A DNA stretch of 64,000 nt from Desulfosoma sp. Its GTDB lineage: Bacteria > Desulfobacterota > Syntrophobacteria > Syntrophobacterales > DSM-9756. This document shows positions 57,782 to 64,000 of this stretch, in pieces. The stretch covers positions 1 to 64,000 of the forward strand of contig JBBFKW010000010.1 of NCBI GenBank assembly GCA_037481835.1, in the 5' to 3' direction. Under the pieces are notes generated by a model. It was not told the origin of the DNA and did not search any database. It saw nothing but the letters and a program-made list of their open reading frames with translations. Made by a program: the position numbers and the translations under genes. Within the stretch, counting starts at the first letter, position 1. Every line of letters begins with the position of its first letter.

Positions 57782-60664
57782 TCAGGCGGGAGCCTCTTCG
57801 GGACATGGAGCGGGATCCCCTCCGATACCCAGGAACTCCTTGAGGCTTGAAACCACGTGGCGCAGCCGGCGGGGTTCGATCCAGACCCCCACGGCGGCAA
57901 TGACCGAGTGGCGCCGGTACGGGTCCACTTCGAACTGCCACGGCCGGACGGCCCCTTCAATCCCTTTGCTCTTGAGGAAGATTTCAAAGTCGCGAACCTT
58001 CCGGCACAGTTTTTCGTACTCATCCCGGCCGTAGACCACACCGTCGAATTCCCCGAAGGAGCACCGGCCGAAGGCGATGATGTATCCCGGTTCCGCGCCG
58101 GGGTTCCCGCCCGCCTTCTCCCGCATGATGCGCAATTCGGGATAGGGGGCGAAAACCGGGTCCACATGATAAAGGTCCACGAAGTCCCCTTCGGGCACGG
58201 CGCTTTGCAAGGTCATGGGGCAGCCGTGCTTGGTCTGATCGAGAAAAGTTCTGAGATACCGGCACACCACGTCGAAGTCTTCATCGGGCACGGCCAACCC
58301 GATGCTCACGATGCGGGCGTGCCCTTGGCCCAAAGGCGGCTCCCCCTGGATGATGCGCAGGCGCTCCGTGAGCCGTGGGTTGATCTGCTTGAGGTAAGAT
58401 AGGAAATTGCGGGCGAGGATTTCCTTTTCCGCGTATTTCATGAGCCCAGGATTGATTTGGATACTGTCCAAATCCTGATCGTATTCGAAGTTGCTGGCAA
58501 AGATAAGGTAATAATAATGGGGCACGCGCATGAGGTGAAACCCCTCGGCTTCGAACTCTTTGACCACGCTCATGGTGCGGTTCTTGATAAAAATATCCCG
58601 GATGACGTCGCTTTCGCCTTCCCCCCGTTCTTTGGCTTTTTCCACCATGATTTCGTGAACCCAGTGGGTGCGCCATGTGGTGCATAGCATGAGGGCCCTG
58701 AGGATTTTCAGCACCTCTTCGCCCAGGCGATGGCCGCGGTAGACCAAGGGCGGTCCCAGGTCGAACTGGTCCACGTTGACGTCTTTCAAAGCCAGGGTGC
58801 GTTCCCGGTCCTTTTCGGGGATGTAGATGAGGTACGTGGCGAAGGCGTGCATGAGTTCCTTTTCGGACACGGTCCGGTCCCCTTCCTTGAGGCGCGTTTC
58901 CAACCTCTGGTAATGGGCGAGTTCCAGTTCCATCTGGTAATGGACGTCCAGCAAGGTTTCGTAGTCCAGCTCATGGTAGCCGGCCCGATCGAACTGGTCC
59001 CGAAGGTATTCCCAATCCACATAGAGTTTCTTGCGGATTTTACGATCCACCAGAAAATCCTGGGATTGCGTGAACCCCACAATGCCCCGTTCCCCATCCA
59101 CGAACACTTCGCGGCCCATGAAGGCGGCCAGGGTGCATTCCGGGTTGAGTTCAATGCGGTCCTCGTCCACGAGCACCAAGGGTCGGCCGTGGACGTCCGT
59201 CACGTTGATGAGGTAGGGTTTGCTGTAGGCCACGGCCGAGACGGCCTCATGGCCCGTGACGTTGCCGTCGCAGCGGATGATCCCGCGCACGTTGGGGTGA
59301 TTGACCGCTAGATCCGTTTCTCCGTAGGGCCTCTTGCGCAGCATGATCACGGCGCGGCCCTGGCGAGCCAGCTCCAGGGCCTCTTCCGTTCCGAACACCA
59401 AGACGCCGCGGTCCGCCGTGTCCGTGATGGGCTCCCCCACGGCAAGGACCTCATAGTCGCAAAAACCCTCTCTGAGCATCTTTTCCGGCTGTTCCAGGGC
59501 CGTGTTGATGATGAGGGAGGCCATCTGGATGGTGGTTTTCCCTTCATCCACAAGATCCCACATGGCCCGGGCCGTCGCGGAAAAGGTCATTCGCAGCGGG
59601 CGGCGTTGGAGGATGTAGAGCTTTCGGTCCTCCACGGTAAATTCCACGTCGAGGGGCCTTTTGGCCCGCGCTTCCAGCCGGTCCCGAACGGTCATGAGCA
59701 GTTCGAAGATGTCGGGAAAGCGCACTTCCAGGTCCTTGGTGTGCAGGAGTTCCTTTCGCAGCTTCCCCGAGACGATCTTGTCGCATTGCACCTTGGGTGC
59801 CCATTCGATAACGGGCGCAGCCGCGCCGGTTCTCGGATTTCGCGTAAACAGGACCCCGCCCAAACACCCGTGCTCGTCCCGGTTGCCGAAAACCATGGTC
59901 TGGACAATGACCGCCGTCCCCATATCGTCCGGGACTTTGGGACTGCGGCTCAGCCGGGCCTCCACCGCCGTTTCCGCCATCCACGAATGGAACACGCTTT
60001 CAATGGCCGCCCGCAGTTGTTTGAGAGGGTCCGATTCCATGCGAGCCGGACTCCCTTCGGGCGCGGCGCGGAGGAGCACCTTTTTGTAGGCATCGATCAG
60101 GGGAAAGAGTTCATCCACGGGAACGGAGCCTTCGTCCCCCACATGAAACTTCTGCAGGACTTCGTAGAAATGCTCATAAGGAATCCCCAGCACCACTTCG
60201 CCGTACATGCGAATGGCTTCCAGGTAAGTCCCCAAAAGGAACCCCTCGTCTTCGCCCGCCTCGATCAAGGCGGTCACGATTTCGTCGTTCAAGCCCACGT
60301 TGAGGATCGTGCTGATGGCTCCGGGAAGGGACACGGGCGCGCCGCCCCTCACAGCGACAATCAGGGGCATGCGGCCGCCGGTATCGCCATAGCGGCGCCC
60401 CACGCGCCGTTCCAGATCGGCAAGAGCCACGGTGACGGCGGCGAACAAGCCCTCGGGAAGCGAGCCGCCGTTGTCGCGGAAGGCTTTCCAGGCGTCGGTG
60501 GTCAAAATGAAGCCGTCCGGGACAGAGATCCGATGTTCCATGCCGGGAAAATCGGACCTCAAATTCTGGAAATCCTCCACCAACTTGGCCCCCTTGGCTC
60601 CCAGCTTGTCGATTTGGGAAGGGTCCGCCTTTTCGAAGGAAATCACCATGGCATCGTAGGGCAT
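57782..60664 (-). CDS. PPDK-like protein: ATP-grasp + phospho-His domains with an unrelated C-terminal region
   Basis: LGAKG, VPDGFILTT, VRGGA..SLPG..TILNVG, QTMVFGN, FTRNPRTG, DVEFT..LYILQ.R, GNVTGHEAV; no PEP/pyruvate TIM-barrel motifs seen. Confidence 0.8.
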   Translation of the reverse strand: MPYDAMVISFEKADPSQIDKLGAKGAKLVEDFQNLRSDFPGMEHRISVPDGFILTTDAWKAFRDNGGSLPEGLFAAVTVALADLERRVGRRYGDTGGRMPLIVAVRGGAPVSLPGAISTILNVGLNDEIVTALIEAGEDEGFLLGTYLEAIRMYGEVVLGIPYEHFYEVLQKFHVGDEGSVPVDELFPLIDAYKKVLLRAAPEGSPARMESDPLKQLRAAIESVFHSWMAETAVEARLSRSPKVPDDMGTAVIVQTMVFGNRDEHGCLGGVLFTRNPRTGAAAPVIEWAPKVQCDKIVSGKLRKELLHTKDLEVRFPDIFELLMTVRDRLEARAKRPLDVEFTVEDRKLYILQRRPLRMTFSATARAMWDLVDEGKTTIQMASLIINTALEQPEKMLREGFCDYEVLAVGEPITDTADRGVLVFGTEEALELARQGRAVIMLRKRPYGETDLAVNHPNVRGIIRCDGNVTGHEAVSAVAYSKPYLINVTDVHGRPLVLVDEDRIELNPECTLAAFMGREVFVDGERGIVGFTQSQDFLVDRKIRKKLYVDWEYLRDQFDRAGYHELDYETLLDVHYQMELELAHYQRLETRLKEGDRTVSEKELMHAFATYLIYIPEKDRERTLALKDVNVDQFDLGPPLVYRGHRLGEEVLKILRALMLCTTWRTHWVHEIMVEKAKERGEGESDVIRDIFIKNRTMSVVKEFEAEGFHLMRVPHYYYLIFASNFEYDQDLDSIQINPGLMKYAEKEILARNFLSYLKQINPRLTERLRIIQGEPPLGQGHARIVSIGLAVPDEDFDVVCRYLRTFLDQTKHGCPMTLQSAVPEGDFVDLYHVDPVFAPYPELRIMREKAGGNPGAEPGYIIAFGRCSFGEFDGVVYGRDEYEKLCRKVRDFEIFLKSKGIEGAVRPWQFEVDPYRRHSVIAAVGVWIEPRRLRHVVSSLKEFLGIGGDPAPCPEEAPA

Positions 60665-60815
60665 GGACGGCTCCTCACGGCTGCGGGTGCACGGAATCAA
60701 AGCCGGCGCCGCATATGGGAAAAGCGGGATTGGTCTTCATTTGATGCCATAGCTGTGCTACAAAAAAAAGGAATGTGAATTTTTTCGATTATGCGCGCGC
60801 TCACAAGCCGGAATC

Positions 60816-61715
60816 ATGAAACGGGAAGACGTCCATCGCATCCTCTATACCCTGCGCTTCTACCATGTGACGCTGTCCTTGGAAATCGACCGAGACCGTT
60901 GCATCCGCTGCGACTTATGCTCTCTGGCCTGCCCTCGCCAGGCCTTGCGCATCGATGCGGATGAGCGCGGCCTGGAGATCCACCTGGACCATGAGCGATG
61001 CGTCTTTTGCGAAGTCTGTGCATACGTCTGCCCTGTTGCCGCCATTGCTTTGCAATACGAAGACCATTCCAAGGAAATCTTGCGTCGATCGGGCGGCCTT
61101 CCGCCCATTCCGGAAAAACTCCGGGTGGACGTGGAGCGCTGCCCCCACCGGTGCGAACTCCTGGAATTCGAGCAAGACCACTGGTGCCGGCAGCAGCGCC
61201 GCCTCGTGGAGAACCGCGAAACCGAATGTCCCAAGTATTGTTTCCGCTGCGTGCAGAACTGCCCTCGCGGGGTCTACCGGGAAACCCCCGAGGGGACCTC
61301 GCCCGATCCCGCGCCCTGTCTTCGGTGCGAGCACTGCCAGGAAACGTGCCCTTACGGGTCCATCCGGGTGAGCCCCCTTTTTCGAGGCCGAGTGGTCCTG
61401 GATCCCGACCGATGCCCCAGCGACTGCGCTCTATGCATGGAGGTCTGTCCCGTTAAGGTGATCGAGCGGCGCGACGGCCGGGTCACCCTCATTCGGGATT
61501 CCTGCGCCTTGTGCGGCGCCTGCGCCAGCGTATGCGATCAAGACGCCGTGCGAGTCGTCCGGGAGGCGGTGCTTGTGCCCGAAGCCGACACGTGCGCCCT
61601 GTGGGATCGCATCCGGGAGGCCCTGACGGAAGGCCTGGGCCGTGACGGACCCGTTGTGACGGCGGCCCCCGAACCGTCGTCTTCCCGGGGTGTGCAGGCA
61701 GGGCATCAGCCATGA
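60816..61715 (+). CDS. Polyferredoxin (multiple 4Fe-4S motifs)
   Basis: About six CxxCxxCxxxC(P)-type motifs. Confidence 0.88.
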   Translation: MKREDVHRILYTLRFYHVTLSLEIDRDRCIRCDLCSLACPRQALRIDADERGLEIHLDHERCVFCEVCAYVCPVAAIALQYEDHSKEILRRSGGLPPIPEKLRVDVERCPHRCELLEFEQDHWCRQQRRLVENRETECPKYCFRCVQNCPRGVYRETPEGTSPDPAPCLRCEHCQETCPYGSIRVSPLFRGRVVLDPDRCPSDCALCMEVCPVKVIERRDGRVTLIRDSCALCGACASVCDQDAVRVVREAVLVPEADTCALWDRIREALTEGLGRDGPVVTAAPEPSSSRGVQAGHQP

Positions 61716-63805
61716 GCGGCATCGGGGTCTATATTTGCCATTGCGGCCAAAACATCGCCGGGGTCATCGATGTAGAGGCCTTGCGCCGGCAGGTGGCCCG
61801 GTGCAGTGACGCGGCGGTCGTCAAAACCAACGTGTTTTGCTGTTCCGAGCCGGGCCAGAAGGAGATTCAGGCGGACATCGCGGAGCACCGCCTGGAACGG
61901 ATCCTTGTTGCGGCGTGTTCCCCCCGGCTTCACGAAGTGACCTTTCGGCGCACCATATCCCAAGCCGGCCTCAATCCCTATCTGCTGGAGATGGCCAACA
62001 TCCGGGAACAGTGTTCCTGGGTCCATCATGGGATGGAGGCTCAGGACAAGGCCCTTGATCTCATCCTCATGGGGTTGGCGCGCCTGGCCCGGCTGGTGCC
62101 GCTCCAAGACCGCGTCGTTCCCGTAACCCGCCGGGCTTTGGTCGTCGGAGGCGGCGTAGGCGGCTTGAGCGCGGCTCTGGAACTGGCCGATTGCGGGGTC
62201 CCCGTCGTCTTGGTGGAAAAGAGCGCCCGTCTCGGCGGGCAGGCTCTGCGATGGAACATTGCCGTTCCCGAAGTGGATCCCCTGTCGTGTTTCGTGCGGC
62301 CTTTGATCACACGGGCGCACCTTCACCCCCGCATTCACGTCCTGGAAGGGGCCACGCTGGAAGACGTGCAGGGTTACGTGGGCCGTTTTTCGGCATCCAT
62401 TCACACCCCGGCGGGTCCGTGCACGGAAGAGGCCGGCGCCCTGGTGGTGGCCACCGGCTTTGAACCGTACACGCCGGAGCTTTCCCGGTATCCCTTCGCC
62501 GCCCTGCCCCAGGTCATGACGTCGGTCCAATTGGAAGAGATCTTCGCAAAAGACGGCCGAAACCGGCACGGCATTCCTTCGGCCTTGGAAGGAGTCCGCA
62601 CCGTCGCCTTCCTCCAGTGCGTCGGCTCACGTCTCGACGACGAATACCCCCATTGTTCGCGCATCTGCTGCGCCGTCACATTGAAGCAGGCTCTGGCCCT
62701 TCGGGCTCTCGGCATGGAGGTTCGGGTTTTTCATCGGGATATCCGCCTTTATGACAAAAACCACGAAGAAGCACTCTACGGGCGAGCGCGCCGCGAGGGC
62801 GTTCAATTCCACAGGGGAGTGCTCAACGCCGTGGAACCCGATGCCGCAGGCGGGTTGATCCTTCATTGGCATGAGGAATTTCTCCAGGAAGACTTCCGCT
62901 TTCCGGTGGACCGGCTGATCTGCGCCGTGGGGCTCCGCCCCCGCTCTGATGCCGAATCCCTTCGACGGGTCCTGCGTCTTGCGGCAAGCCAGGACGGCTT
63001 CCTTCTGGAAGCCCACCCCAAGCTCCACCCGCTGGAATCGGCCGTGGAAGGAGTCTTCCTTGCGGGATCGTGCCAAGGGCCGAAAGACGTCCGGGAAACG
63101 GTGGCCGCATCCGTCGGGGCCGCCGCCAAGGCCTACCAATTGCTGTGCAGGGATGTCCTGCAGCTGGACGGCATGATCGCCGTCATCGACCGGGACCGTT
63201 GTGTGGGCTGCGGCACGTGTGTGGTCGAATGCCCGTATCAGGCCATCGCCCTTCAAGAAGAGGAAGACGGCGCACTCAAAGCCCACGTGGAAACAGCGGC
63301 CTGCAAAGGCTGCGGCGTGTGCGCCGGAGGATGCCCCACGGAAGCCGCCGATCATCTGGGCTATCCTCTCGATGCGCTCAAGGCCATGGTCGATGCGGCC
63401 CTTGCGGACCGTGCCCGGGAGAAGATCGTGGCTTTCTGTTGCCATTGGTGCGCCTATGCGGGAGCCGACGCGGCAGGAGTGTCCCGCATCCCTTATCCGG
63501 CCAATGTGCGCATTGTGCGGGTCCCGTGTTCCGGCCGCATCGGCCCCCGATTGGTGCTCCACGCATTCAAGAAGGGCGCCGGCCGCGTCATGGTCGCCGG
63601 GTGCCATCCGCCGGGGGACTGCCACTACATTTCGGGGAATCTGCGGTTCGAAAGTCGCGTCCCTCGCATTCGAAAGCTTCTTTCCAGGAAGGGATTCGAT
63701 CCGGACCGGTTTTCGTATCATTGGATCTCAGCGACGGAAGGCCCTCAGTTTCAGCAGATCGTGCGCCGATTGGCCGAAGCGCTGGAAGCCGAGATCCACT
63801 CATGA
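61712..63805 (+). CDS. hdrA: Heterodisulfide reductase subunit A-like flavoprotein fused to an MvhD domain
   Basis: IGVYICHCG, ACSPRLHE, NIREQCSWVH, GGGVGG, QCVGSR..CSRICC, GSCQGPKD, two ferredoxin motifs; C-terminal FCCHWCAYAGAD...PCSGR...GDCHY. Confidence 0.92.
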   Translation: MSGIGVYICHCGQNIAGVIDVEALRRQVARCSDAAVVKTNVFCCSEPGQKEIQADIAEHRLERILVAACSPRLHEVTFRRTISQAGLNPYLLEMANIREQCSWVHHGMEAQDKALDLILMGLARLARLVPLQDRVVPVTRRALVVGGGVGGLSAALELADCGVPVVLVEKSARLGGQALRWNIAVPEVDPLSCFVRPLITRAHLHPRIHVLEGATLEDVQGYVGRFSASIHTPAGPCTEEAGALVVATGFEPYTPELSRYPFAALPQVMTSVQLEEIFAKDGRNRHGIPSALEGVRTVAFLQCVGSRLDDEYPHCSRICCAVTLKQALALRALGMEVRVFHRDIRLYDKNHEEALYGRARREGVQFHRGVLNAVEPDAAGGLILHWHEEFLQEDFRFPVDRLICAVGLRPRSDAESLRRVLRLAASQDGFLLEAHPKLHPLESAVEGVFLAGSCQGPKDVRETVAASVGAAAKAYQLLCRDVLQLDGMIAVIDRDRCVGCGTCVVECPYQAIALQEEEDGALKAHVETAACKGCGVCAGGCPTEAADHLGYPLDALKAMVDAALADRAREKIVAFCCHWCAYAGADAAGVSRIPYPANVRIVRVPCSGRIGPRLVLHAFKKGAGRVMVAGCHPPGDCHYISGNLRFESRVPRIRKLLSRKGFDPDRFSYHWISATEGPQFQQIVRRLAEALEAEIHS

Positions 63806-64000
63806 CGGCGGGTTGATAAGAAAGAAGGCTTGGAGTGAATCCGAATCGGCGAGAATGGGTTTGGGCCGGCTGCAGGAGCCGATTTGGCCGCGATCCCCAT
63901 CGCCGGCATGTGGAGCAATGACGAACCGAGAAAGCCATCCCCCGACGCGCGGCGCGCGCGTCCTCCTGTGCCGCTGTCCTGAAAGGCACTCCCGGCAGGA

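Overview
A GC-rich bacterial chromosomal window. Gene content (HdrA-MvhD, sigma54 activator, Acr3, ilv/psd/leu order) suggests an anaerobic Desulfobacterota/Syntrophobacterales-like organism; this is inference. Left part (1-13.4 kb): a metal/arsenic-resistance region (czcD-DoxX fusion, rhodanese, acr3, DUF318 permease, arsR-trx-trx-DGC-FeS-arsC). It is split by a toxin-antitoxin cluster (HEPN-MNT, TumE-like, HicAB; two toxins frameshifted) and a GxxExxY nuclease gene flanked by near-identical 63-bp hairpins. Middle (13.5-35.5 kb): mostly housekeeping genes (M16C peptidase, mltB, coaD, rsmD, asd, leuCD, pssA-psd, ilvBNC, slyD, HD hydrolase), plus a small decayed island (nitroreductase remnant, mntA-hepT, group II intron remnant). 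Right part: a Ni/Co ECF operon preceded by a candidate riboswitch/attenuator; orphan efflux MFP+OMF; an uncharacterised radical SAM / NadE-like / 2-hydroxyacyl-CoA dehydratase / activase / sigma54 / NifX-like operon; aroK/aroQ, fabH; a PPDK-like protein with a replaced C-terminal domain; and polyferredoxin + HdrA-MvhD. Two dispersed palindromic repeat families and several composite repeat patches occupy intergenic spaces. No rRNA, tRNA or CRISPR array was recognised. All calls are by eye, without database searches.
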